64,000 bases of DNA from Candidatus Sulfomarinibacter sp. GTDB lineage: Bacteria; Acidobacteriota; Thermoanaerobaculia; Thermoanaerobaculales; Sulfomarinibacteraceae. Under the pieces are notes generated by a model. It was not told where the DNA came from, did not search any database, and saw only the letters and a list, made by a program, of their open reading frames with translations. The DNA lies in the NCBI GenBank assembly GCA_041560205.1, contig JBFFBV010000014.1, positions 3,811 through 67,810 of the forward strand, read 5' to 3'. The position numbers were made by a program, and so were the translations under genes. Each line of letters begins with the position of its first letter. Position 1 is the first letter of the stretch. Shown in pieces: positions 40,064 to 48,270 of this stretch.

Positions 40064-40963
40064 CTAACGCGGGGGATCGGTCGGCTGAGACTGCAAGGCT
40101 CTTTCGCGAAGGCGCTCCAGAAAGGCCCGCTCTTTGGGGGTCAGCGTGTGGGGACCGGTGGTTTCGATCTTGACGCGGATACGCTCGAACTCCCGAGCCT
40201 CGTCGGGCGTCAACGTGGGAACCCTGACCTCTGCACGCGGCCGCCGCATGGCCGGTATCGGATAGGTGTCGCGCAGGTAAAGGAAGTAGATCAGCGCGCC
40301 AGCCAGCGCCCCACCGAGGTGCGCCCCATGGCCGATCGGCAGTCCGCCGCCGCGGCCCTGCGCCAAGAGACCCCACAGGTCGAGACCGACGAAGAGGAGG
40401 ACGCCGGCCAGGGCCGGCACCGGCACGATGCCGAAGAGCAGAATGCGGTGACGGGGAAAATGAAGGGCGTAGGCGACGAGCAGCCCGCTGACCGCACCCG
40501 ACGCGCCCAGCGCCGGGATATCGCTGTTGCCGAGGAGAAAGGTCGACACCAGACAGTGACTGAGCGACGCCACCACGGCCGCTGCAAGGTAGAAGAGCAC
40601 GAACACCCTCGTGCCCCACAGCTGCTCCAAAACAGTACCGAAGCTCCACAGGACGAAGAGATTGATGGCCGCATGCCAGAGCTCGCTGTGAGAGAAGGCT
40701 GCCGTGATCAAGGTCCATATCAAACCGTGCTCGAGGTGGGTCGTGCTGACCAGGAAGTTGGTGACCATCACGTCGCCGAGACCGGGAACGAGTGCTGCCG
40801 CCTGCCAGGCCAGAAAGACGAGCACGTTGAGGCCGATGATGACCGACACGGCCGGCGTCCGCGGGCGGCGCGGCCGAGGCGGCGGCCGGTTCGGCGCTTC
40901 TTCTCGAGGCTCGTACGGGGCATTCATCGGTGCCGCATTATGGCACGGGAGCATCGCGGTCAT
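40064..40963 (-). CDS. rhomboid-family intramembrane serine protease
   Basis: 'WTLITAAFSHSELWHAAINL', catalytic 'GASGAVSGLL' and 'HGAHLGGALAG'. The start may be an internal ATG (40927). Confidence 0.85.
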   Translation of the reverse strand: MTAMLPCHNAAPMNAPYEPREEAPNRPPPRPRRPRTPAVSVIIGLNVLVFLAWQAAALVPGLGDVMVTNFLVSTTHLEHGLIWTLITAAFSHSELWHAAINLFVLWSFGTVLEQLWGTRVFVLFYLAAAVVASLSHCLVSTFLLGNSDIPALGASGAVSGLLVAYALHFPRHRILLFGIVPVPALAGVLLFVGLDLWGLLAQGRGGGLPIGHGAHLGGALAGALIYFLYLRDTYPIPAMRRPRAEVRVPTLTPDEAREFERIRVKIETTGPHTLTPKERAFLERLRERALQSQPTDPPR

Positions 40964-40982
40964 TCGTGGTAGCCTCGAAGAA

Positions 40983-41870
40983 ATGATTGGAGGTCGGGCC
41001 GTGAAAGCTCTTCATGGTTTTTCCCTCGTCACGTTGGTCTTCATCTGGGCCGCGCTGTCGTCCGGGTCAGAGCTCGGAGACCGGCTCGATCGCGAGCTCA
41101 AGGGCGGTTGGGGCGTGCTCGAGGTGGAGGTCTACTCGGCGTGCTCGGGCACCTACTCCGACAACCAGCTGAGCGCAGCGGGCGTGGCCTCGAAGGCACC
41201 CCATTACTTTTCCCCCGGCGAGCTGGTCAAGATCGACAACGTCAAGGTCAAGAAGCAACGGGTCGACCTCATGCTGACCCTCTCCGAACCGATTCGAGTC
41301 TCGCGTATGGACGGACCCTTCGAGCTCTTCGACCAACGCCCGTGCAAGGCACAACTCATGGTGCTGGTGCCGCGCGAGATGGTGAAGAGCAAGGATAGCG
41401 AGGGGCTCCTGGCCCAAGTGAGACGCCACATCAGCCTGTACCCTTCTCACGATGAAGCACAGCTCTCGGACAACTGGAATGGCCGCGAGATGGAACCGCT
41501 GCCGGAGGGCTACGAAGAGACCCTGCAACGCCACGCGGTGTGGAAGGCCGAGCAAACCAACGCGGCCGTCCGCCAGGGAATCGACTTCGCCCTCGGCGAA
41601 GCGGCGGAGGCGGCCGAAGGGCTTGACGACGACGACGACTACCTGGCGGGCTTCGGAGAAGGGTCGGAGAAGATGTCGGAGTTTTCGGTCACCAGCTGCG
41701 ACCTGTTGCTGAGTGCATCGCTCGCCTCCTATCGCAAGAGGGCGCCCAAAGATCGTTCGCGGAGCTTCGAGGATGGGTGGGACGACGGCCAGAAGCTCGT
41801 CTTCCACGTCCTCGTCGCCGAGCGGCTGCGGTCCTGTCTCGTCCCCGTGCCGCCCGAGCCCGCACCATGA
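40983..41870 (+). CDS. hypothetical secreted protein
   Basis: Signal-like 'LVTLVFIWAALSSG'. Alternative GTG start at 41001 after GGAGG. No family recognised. Acidic stretch 'EGLDDDDDY'. Confidence 0.5.
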   Translation: MIGGRAVKALHGFSLVTLVFIWAALSSGSELGDRLDRELKGGWGVLEVEVYSACSGTYSDNQLSAAGVASKAPHYFSPGELVKIDNVKVKKQRVDLMLTLSEPIRVSRMDGPFELFDQRPCKAQLMVLVPREMVKSKDSEGLLAQVRRHISLYPSHDEAQLSDNWNGREMEPLPEGYEETLQRHAVWKAEQTNAAVRQGIDFALGEAAEAAEGLDDDDDYLAGFGEGSEKMSEFSVTSCDLLLSASLASYRKRAPKDRSRSFEDGWDDGQKLVFHVLVAERLRSCLVPVPPEPAP

Positions 41871-42649
41871 TCGTCGCCGGCATCCAGTTCGACATCGCCT
41901 GGGAGGACCCGGACGAGAACTTCAGAAGGGTCGAGCCGCTCGCCGAACACGCCGCGGCTTCAGGTGCTGCGATCCTCGTCCTGCCCGAGATGTTCGCCAC
42001 CGGCTTTTCGATGCGCGCCGAAGAGACGGCCCTGCACGCCGAAGCCATCCACGCCTTCCTGGCCGATCTGGCAAAGACGCACGGCCTGTGGGTCATCGGT
42101 GGATATGCGGAGCGCGGAGAGCACCGGCCGGCCAACGCCTGCACGGTCATCGCGCCGAACGGCGGCGAGGCTCTCCACTACCGCAAGATTCACCCCTTCT
42201 CGCTGGCAGGCGAGCACCATCACTTCGAAGCGGGCGAGGTGCTGCACACAGTCGAGATCTCGGGCGTGCGGGTGACCCCGCTCGTGTGTTACGACCTCCG
42301 TTTTCCCGAGCTCTTCCGCGTGGCGGCAGATGGCACCGACCTCTTCGTGGTCATCGCCAACTGGCCCTCGCGCCGGGCCCACGCCTGGCGCACCCTGCTC
42401 GCGGCCCGCGCGATCGACGACCAGGCATGGGTCCTGGGGGTCAACCGGGTGGGCAAGGCCGAGGGCCATCTGCACGAAGGCGACACCGCGCTCATCGATC
42501 CCTGGGGCGAGGTGGTGGCGACCCTCGCCAATGAGACTGGCGTCGTGTCTGGCAAAGTCGACGCGGAAATCGTACGCACGGCCCGAGAGCGTTTCCGCTT
42601 TCTCGAGGACCGTCGACCCGAGCTCTACCGTCGCCTCGAGGATGATTGA
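41867..42649 (+). CDS. carbon-nitrogen hydrolase (nitrilase superfamily)
   Basis: ATGA overlap at 41867. 'ILVLPEMFATGF' (catalytic Glu), 'YRKIHPF' (Lys), 'VCYDLRFPE' (Cys). Confidence 0.85.
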   Translation: MIVAGIQFDIAWEDPDENFRRVEPLAEHAAASGAAILVLPEMFATGFSMRAEETALHAEAIHAFLADLAKTHGLWVIGGYAERGEHRPANACTVIAPNGGEALHYRKIHPFSLAGEHHHFEAGEVLHTVEISGVRVTPLVCYDLRFPELFRVAADGTDLFVVIANWPSRRAHAWRTLLAARAIDDQAWVLGVNRVGKAEGHLHEGDTALIDPWGEVVATLANETGVVSGKVDAEIVRTARERFRFLEDRRPELYRRLEDD

Positions 42650-42770
42650 CCCGCCCACCCATCCACCCAGATACACGATCCAAGATACACGTTCCACCCA
42701 CCCTCACTCTCGATTGACGGTCGAGGAGGACGCTTCGTCATCGGTCCTGTATCTTGTATCTTGCATCCGT
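42650..42770. repeat. composite inverted repeat element, copy 3
   Basis: CCACCC-rich reverse units with GATCCAAGATACA (42677-42689), a spacer, then TGTATCTTGTATCTTGCATCC (42748-42768). Confidence 0.65.
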
Positions 42771-42857
42771 TCAGAGTTATGAGCTCGCACCGAAGGACAG
42801 CCTTTCCGCAGCGGGGAATACTCGAAGCGACAGCTGCGCTAAGCTGATGGGAGAGTC

Positions 42858-43271
42858 ATGACGACGACAGTCACGGTCAAGGTCTACTTCGAGGCGGCGC
42901 ACCGGCTTCACAATTCCGATCAATCGGATGACTGGAACCGGGAGGTCTTCGGCAAGTGCAACAACCCGCACGGGCACGGCCACAATTACGTGATCGAAGC
43001 CGTGGTGAGCGGTGAGCCGGAACCCACGAGCGGCTATCTGATCGATATGAAGGACCTCAAGGCGGTGCTCAGCCGCACGGTTGTCGACCACGTCGACCAT
43101 CGCCACCTCAACATCGAGGTGGAGTGGCTGTCAGGCCTGATCCCGACCGCCGAGAACCTCGCCCGGGTCTTCTTCGAGCGGGTCGAAGCGGAGCTGCCCG
43201 ATGGCGTCGAGCTCGTCGCGCTGACCGTGCACGAGACCGAGCGCAATTCAGCGACGTTTTCGCGTTCCTAG
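42858..43271 (+). CDS. queD: 6-carboxy-5,6,7,8-tetrahydropterin synthase QueD
   Basis: 'VKVYFEAAHRL...CNNPHGHGHNYVIEAVVSGE...GYLIDMKDLK...DHRHLN'. Confidence 0.9.
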   Translation: MTTTVTVKVYFEAAHRLHNSDQSDDWNREVFGKCNNPHGHGHNYVIEAVVSGEPEPTSGYLIDMKDLKAVLSRTVVDHVDHRHLNIEVEWLSGLIPTAENLARVFFERVEAELPDGVELVALTVHETERNSATFSRS

Positions 43272-43292
43272 GGTGCCCCTTAGAACTCACAA

Positions 43293-43835
43293 CTAGGCGA
43301 TCGCGGAGCCGTTGCTGAGATACTCCTTGAGCACCGGCTCGAGACCGGTCCAGAAGTCGGCGTCGGCAACCATCAGCGTCGCCAGATACACCAGCGCTTC
43401 ACGGCCTTCGGAGGCAGCCAGCTCGCGACCCGCCTTTTCCACCGTGGCCGCGTCCGGGCCTTCAAAGTCGTCGGGGAGATCGAGGGCGCCGTTGTCGTGC
43501 GGCAGGCCGACAGCATCGAGGAACCCGACCATCAGAGGCCGCCGCTGATCCATATGCAGGTGGAAGAGGTATTGAAAAAGCACCGTTTCCGGCAGGCCGT
43601 CCGCCAGACGAACCAGGCGGCCGGCAACCTTTTCGGCCGAAAGCTGTCGAACGGACTGCTGTCGGAATTTGAGCTCCGCCGCCAATGCCATTTCGAGGGC
43701 TGACCGGCTCTCGCGGTCGGCGCCGTTCCAGAAGCCGACAGCCGCAGCCTTCTTTTCGTCGTCATCCATCAGGTCCCAGACCGCATAGGGGCCACGGCTC
43801 TCGACCGCATCCAGCAAGGTCGTCACATCAGACAT
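43293..43835 (-). CDS. hypothetical protein
   Basis: 180-aa ORF with a helical, acidic composition and neighbour-consistent codon usage. No family recognised. Confidence 0.45.
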   Translation of the reverse strand: MSDVTTLLDAVESRGPYAVWDLMDDDEKKAAAVGFWNGADRESRSALEMALAAELKFRQQSVRQLSAEKVAGRLVRLADGLPETVLFQYLFHLHMDQRRPLMVGFLDAVGLPHDNGALDLPDDFEGPDAATVEKAGRELAASEGREALVYLATLMVADADFWTGLEPVLKEYLSNGSAIA

Positions 43836-43898
43836 CGCTCACCTCCACATCGAAGCCACAGCCTAACTCAAAAATACAGATTTGAGATCCGAATTGGA

Positions 43899-44978
43899 TC
43901 AGACCTTGTATTCGCCGTCGTCGATGACGGCGACGCGCTGCCCATCCTGGTGGACGAGGACCGCGCGCTCCACCTGCACCGGGTTTCCCGCCGCATAGAC
44001 GATGTCCTGGTGGATCACCGACTCCGGGCTCGAGAAGTCTTCGACCCCGACCACACCACCGAGATGGTCCGAGCGGCCGAATGCCCAGTGAAAGCCCGCC
44101 TTCTCGTCCTCGAGGACCTCACCGGTGACCTCGGCCTTGTCATTGACCCCGAAGGCGACCTCGGCGATGTTGGCGCGCGCAGGATCGGCGTCGAAGAAGG
44201 CAGCGTAGCGCTCCGCCACCGGACCCTCGCCCTCGACGACGACAACTGTGTTGGCCACCACGTGGAAGAGGACGAGTTCGTCATCCTCGACCACCGGGAT
44301 CGTCCCCGCCGTCCACGACGGCACGGCCTCGAACTCGCCCTCGTACGGCACGACAAAGGTCTCTCCCGACGGCAGGTTGATGATGCGATCACCCTCCTTG
44401 CCCCTGGGCAGGAAGCCGTCGTCCATCTCCGCTGACCGATGGCGCAGGTCGAACCAGCACCGGTGTCCAGTGGAGAACAAGACCTCGCACAGGACCGCAC
44501 CGTCCATGACGTCGAAAATGGCCCTGCAGCGCGCCGCGACCTTCGAGTAATCGGCCGCGAGCGCGGTCGACTCCATCCGTTCCTCGACACCGGGCATCGA
44601 GGCCGCGCGGAAATCGTCCTCTGATTCGGCGAGCTTGGCGAGTGGCGCGGTGGCGGAGAACTCGGTCATGGCGATGACCAGGGTCGAGGCCTTCAGGGCA
44701 TCGAGGAGGTCGACCTCGTGGTCCCCGAGCGTGCCCTTCGGCGGCAAGTCGGCGTTGTTTGCGCCCGTAGCCTCGAAGGAGAGGATGGGCTGGACGCTGA
44801 ACTCGCGTTCGGCCGCGAGCTCTTCCATCGAGCCGCGCCACCGTTCGGCCATCTTGCGCCGTTCGGACCACCCTTGGTGATCGGGCACCTCGTCGCGCGG
44901 GAGATCGATCGCAAAGGTCACGACCTCGCCGGGTTGCGGATCGAAAACGTCGGCCAAGAGTTTTTTGACATCCAACAT
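43899..44978 (-). CDS. aminopeptidase-like protein (M29/aminopeptidase T-like, tentative)
   Basis: C-terminal 'IAEVAFGVND...LEDEKAGFHWAFGRSDHLGG...VIHQDIVY' resembles the M29 'GT.H.A.G......H.D' block. The call is weak. Confidence 0.4.
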   Translation of the reverse strand: MLDVKKLLADVFDPQPGEVVTFAIDLPRDEVPDHQGWSERRKMAERWRGSMEELAAEREFSVQPILSFEATGANNADLPPKGTLGDHEVDLLDALKASTLVIAMTEFSATAPLAKLAESEDDFRAASMPGVEERMESTALAADYSKVAARCRAIFDVMDGAVLCEVLFSTGHRCWFDLRHRSAEMDDGFLPRGKEGDRIINLPSGETFVVPYEGEFEAVPSWTAGTIPVVEDDELVLFHVVANTVVVVEGEGPVAERYAAFFDADPARANIAEVAFGVNDKAEVTGEVLEDEKAGFHWAFGRSDHLGGVVGVEDFSSPESVIHQDIVYAAGNPVQVERAVLVHQDGQRVAVIDDGEYKV

Positions 44979-45046
44979 GGTTCACTCCATTCAGTCGCTG
45001 GCGCGCAGAATTGTACTCCTGCGGCCGCGGTATTATCCTGCGCTTC

Positions 45047-45982
45047 ATGACAGACACAGAAATTACCGCCGCAGTTGTCGGAACCGGCCACCTCGGGCGC
45101 CATCACGTTCGCATTCTCGCAGGGATGGAAGGGGTCCGCTGTATCGGTGCCTTCGACACGGACCGCGACCGGCTTGCCGAGATCACCTCCGAGCACGGTG
45201 TGCCGGCACTTGATGCCGTCGATGGCGCATCGGCGGCCGACGCCGTGGTGGTGGCTACTCCGACGGTCAACCACCGCGAGATCGCGGGCGCACTGCTGGG
45301 CTCGGGATGCCACGTTCTGGTCGAAAAGCCGATCACCGCGACCGTCGCAGAAGCCGAGGAGCTGATCGCACTCGCAGAGCAATCGTCGCGAGTGCTCGCT
45401 GTCGGCCACGTCGAGTATCACAACCCCGCCGTCCAGGCGGCTCTCGGTCTCGCCGACGGCGTGCGCTACCTCGAGTCGCAGCGCCTCTCCCCCTTCACCG
45501 CCAGGTCGGTCGACGTCGACGTGATCCTGGATCTGATGATCCATGATCTCCAGATCACCCTCGCCGTGGCGGGCGAGCAGCCGTCGGAGATCCGGGCGGT
45601 CGGCGTTCCGGTCCTGACTGACAAGGTCGATCTGTGCCACGCCTGGGTGGAGTTTCCGGGCGGACTGGTGGCCAATCTCACGGCCAGCCGAGTGTCGTCG
45701 GAGCGGATCCGCAAGCTCCGCCTCTTCGCACGTGAGTCCTACTTCTCGATCGACTATGCCGAGCAAAGCGTGTCGTCGGCGCAGCTCGTCCGCGGAGAGA
45801 GCGGGACCGAGATCGCCCCGCGATTGGTGGAGGTCGTCAAAGACGAACCGCTCAAGGCCGAGCTCGAGGCCTTTGTCGGCGCCTGCCGAGGCGAGGAGAC
45901 TCCGATCGTCGACGGCCGCACCGGAGCTGCCGCGCTGGCAGCCGCCATCACCGTCCGCGAGTGCGTCGAGCAACGTGAGTGA
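45047..45982 (+). CDS. Gfo/Idh/MocA-family oxidoreductase
   Basis: Start moved to ATG 45047. 'AAVVGTGHLGRHH', 'VVVATPTVNHREIA...GCHVLVEKP'. Confidence 0.85.
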   Translation: MTDTEITAAVVGTGHLGRHHVRILAGMEGVRCIGAFDTDRDRLAEITSEHGVPALDAVDGASAADAVVVATPTVNHREIAGALLGSGCHVLVEKPITATVAEAEELIALAEQSSRVLAVGHVEYHNPAVQAALGLADGVRYLESQRLSPFTARSVDVDVILDLMIHDLQITLAVAGEQPSEIRAVGVPVLTDKVDLCHAWVEFPGGLVANLTASRVSSERIRKLRLFARESYFSIDYAEQSVSSAQLVRGESGTEIAPRLVEVVKDEPLKAELEAFVGACRGEETPIVDGRTGAAALAAAITVRECVEQRE

Positions 45983-46004
45983 CACATCCCGATAAGGGGG
46001 ACCG

Positions 46005-47456
46005 ATGAGGCCGAAGTTTCAACAGCTTGACGAGGATCTCGCCGACGCGATCATCAGCGAAGCCAAGACGGTGCTCGCCGAGGTGGGGATCGACATTGCC
46101 GACGGGGAGACAAAGGAGCTCCTCGCAGATCACGGTGCGGGGGTGGACGGCGACGGTCGGGTACGCATCGCCGACACCATGGTCGAAGCCGCGCTCGACT
46201 CGGCACCGCCTGCCTTCTCCTTGTATGACGTGATGGGAGAGGAAACCCACCGCTTCGAAGGCAATCGCACCCACTTCACGCCGGGGTCTGCGGCCATCAA
46301 CATCCTCGACCGGGAGTCCGGAGAAATTCGCTCCGCCGTGACCAGCGATCTGGTGGCCCTCGCCAAGCTGGTGAGTGGCCTGGATCGGTATGACGCCCAG
46401 AGCACGGCCTTGGTGTCATCGGACGTCCCCGAGGCCATCTCGGACAGCTATCGCCTCTTTCTCGGGTTGCTCCACTGCGAAAAGCCGGCGGTCACCGGCG
46501 CCTTCACCATTGAAGGCTTCGAAGTCATTCGCGATTTGTTGTTGGCGGTGCGCGGTTCCGCCGAGGAGCTGGCGGCGCGACCCGTGGCGATGCTCACCTG
46601 TTGCCCGACCGCCCCGCTCCGGTGGACCGACGAAGGCAACCGCAACCTGATCGACTGCGCCCGACTCCGCATCCCGGTCGAAATCATCCCGGTTCCCCTG
46701 ACCGGCTTCATGGCCCCGGTGACACTCGTCGGCACCCTGATCCAGCACACCGCCGAGGTGCTCTCCGGAGTCGTCATCGCCCAACTCGTCCAGCCCGGCA
46801 CCCCAGTGCTCTTTGGCGGCTCACCGGCGATTTTCGACGTGCGCTTCGAGACGACGCCCATGGGTGCGATCGAAACGACCATGTTGACCTGCGCCGCGGC
46901 CGAGATCGGACGACGCCTCGGCCTGCCGACCCAGGGCTACATCTCGCTGTCCGACTCCAAGGCCCTCGACGCCCAGGCCGGGCTCGAGACCGGCATCGGC
47001 GCGACCCTGGCTGCCCTCACCGGACTCGACAACGTCTCCGGACCCGGGATGCTCGATTTCGAGAGCTGCCAGAGCCTCGAGAAGCTGGTCGTCGACCACG
47101 AGATCTGCCTGATGACGGACAGGGTGCTGGCTGGCATCGAGCCGCGAGACGATTTCCCGTCCAAGGGCCTCTTCGAGGAGCTGCTGGCCGAAAAGCACCT
47201 GTTGATTGCGGACCACACCCGTCGCCACCTTCGCTCCGAGCTCACCTTTCCGGGGCCCGTGATCGACCGGACCAGCCGCGCGAGGTGGCTCGAGGAAGGT
47301 TCGAAGACCCTCGGCGAAAATGCGGCGAAGGAGGTCGATCGCATCATCGGCGAGTTCACACCGAGCCGGATCGGCGACGACGCCAGAAAGAACCTCGACG
47401 AGGTGATGACCGCCGCCGCCAAGGCCGCAGGGATGGACGCGCTCCCGGAGCGATAG
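46005..47456 (+). CDS. MttB-superfamily methyltransferase (non-pyrrolysine member)
   Basis: 483 aa, continuous ORF with no in-frame TAG. 'TCCPTAPLRWTDE', 'PVPLTGFMAPVTLVGTL', 'GGSPAIFDVRFETTPMGAIET', 'SLSDSKALDAQAGLE'. Confidence 0.8.
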   Translation: MRPKFQQLDEDLADAIISEAKTVLAEVGIDIADGETKELLADHGAGVDGDGRVRIADTMVEAALDSAPPAFSLYDVMGEETHRFEGNRTHFTPGSAAINILDRESGEIRSAVTSDLVALAKLVSGLDRYDAQSTALVSSDVPEAISDSYRLFLGLLHCEKPAVTGAFTIEGFEVIRDLLLAVRGSAEELAARPVAMLTCCPTAPLRWTDEGNRNLIDCARLRIPVEIIPVPLTGFMAPVTLVGTLIQHTAEVLSGVVIAQLVQPGTPVLFGGSPAIFDVRFETTPMGAIETTMLTCAAAEIGRRLGLPTQGYISLSDSKALDAQAGLETGIGATLAALTGLDNVSGPGMLDFESCQSLEKLVVDHEICLMTDRVLAGIEPRDDFPSKGLFEELLAEKHLLIADHTRRHLRSELTFPGPVIDRTSRARWLEEGSKTLGENAAKEVDRIIGEFTPSRIGDDARKNLDEVMTAAAKAAGMDALPER

Positions 47457-47497
47457 GCCGTCCCGCGACGGCCGTCGAGCCACGGATCTGGGGGATT

Positions 47498-47548
47498 CGT
47501 CCCCGTCCCCGTCCCCGTTTCCCGTTCCCGTTCCCGTTCCCGTTTCCC
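47498..47548 (-). repeat. G-tract hexa/heptanucleotide repeat (GGGAAC/GGGGAC)n
   Basis: Minus strand: GGGAAACGGGAACGGGAACGGGAACGGGAAACGGGGACGGGGACGGGGAC, eight G3-4 tracts with 3-4 nt loops, in the convergent gap between 47456(+) and 47646(-). Confidence 0.85.
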
Positions 47549-47645
47549 ACGGAAAGGAAGTCACACGTTGTGGATAGGAACACCTCCACCAATCTCATTC
47601 ATCTCATGCTGTGAATGGGCAACCGGGGACGGAGCCGGGAACGAG

Positions 47646-48233
47646 TCAAGCGCGCCCCATCAGCTGTGATCTCTCGACCGGCGGGAGATCGTCCCAAGCG
47701 CCGGCGAGCCAGGCGACGCCTTCGAGAAAGGCCCGCGCGCGATCGGTGTTGGGGCACACAGAGCGCACCAGCTTCCAGAACTCGGGCGAGTGGTTGAGGT
47801 GGACGGTATGCGCGAGCTCGTGCGCGACCACCGCTTCGAGCACCCAGGGCGGCATCTGACGGAGCGCCGCGTTGAGGCGGACGATCCCGGTCTGGCGGCT
47901 ATAGCTCCCCCACTGCGATGTCTGGTTGGTCACGAATCGCACTTCGGTGACCTGAGGCGGTTCCGGGAAACGCTCCGCTGTCTTGCGAGCAATCGCTTCG
48001 GCCCTGCCGTCAGCGTTGAGGGCCTCAGCACGGGACCTGCGCACGAGACGCCGGGCGAGCTGGACGATCGTCTCCTCGAGCTCTCCTGACGGGACCCGGT
48101 GGGGGGCGCTGACCGAGAGAGTCCTCCCGTGGAGACGGGCATTGATGTTTTTCACCCGTTTGCGCACGACCTTCAGCTCGAGGGTCAAACCGTCGACTTC
48201 CAGAATGCGTACATCATTCGCCATGGCCAGCAT
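47646..48233 (-). CDS. YgjP-like (DUF45/M48-type) zinc metallopeptidase
   Basis: 'VVAHELAHTVHLNHSPEFWKLV' (HExxH plus NHSxxFW). Start at ATG 48233 or 48224. Confidence 0.75.
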   Translation of the reverse strand: MLAMANDVRILEVDGLTLELKVVRKRVKNINARLHGRTLSVSAPHRVPSGELEETIVQLARRLVRRSRAEALNADGRAEAIARKTAERFPEPPQVTEVRFVTNQTSQWGSYSRQTGIVRLNAALRQMPPWVLEAVVAHELAHTVHLNHSPEFWKLVRSVCPNTDRARAFLEGVAWLAGAWDDLPPVERSQLMGRA

Positions 48234-48270
48234 GCTACCCGAACGCGCTACACTCAGCCCGGAGCACCTG

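Noticed and set aside
42771-42857. A preQ1 riboswitch upstream of queD.
   Set aside because: No preQ1-I/II-like conserved core or pseudoknot pattern is recognisable in the 87-nt leader.
46005-47456. An in-frame amber (pyrrolysine) codon in the MttB-family gene.
   Set aside because: The ORF is continuous with no internal TAG, so this is a non-Pyl family member.
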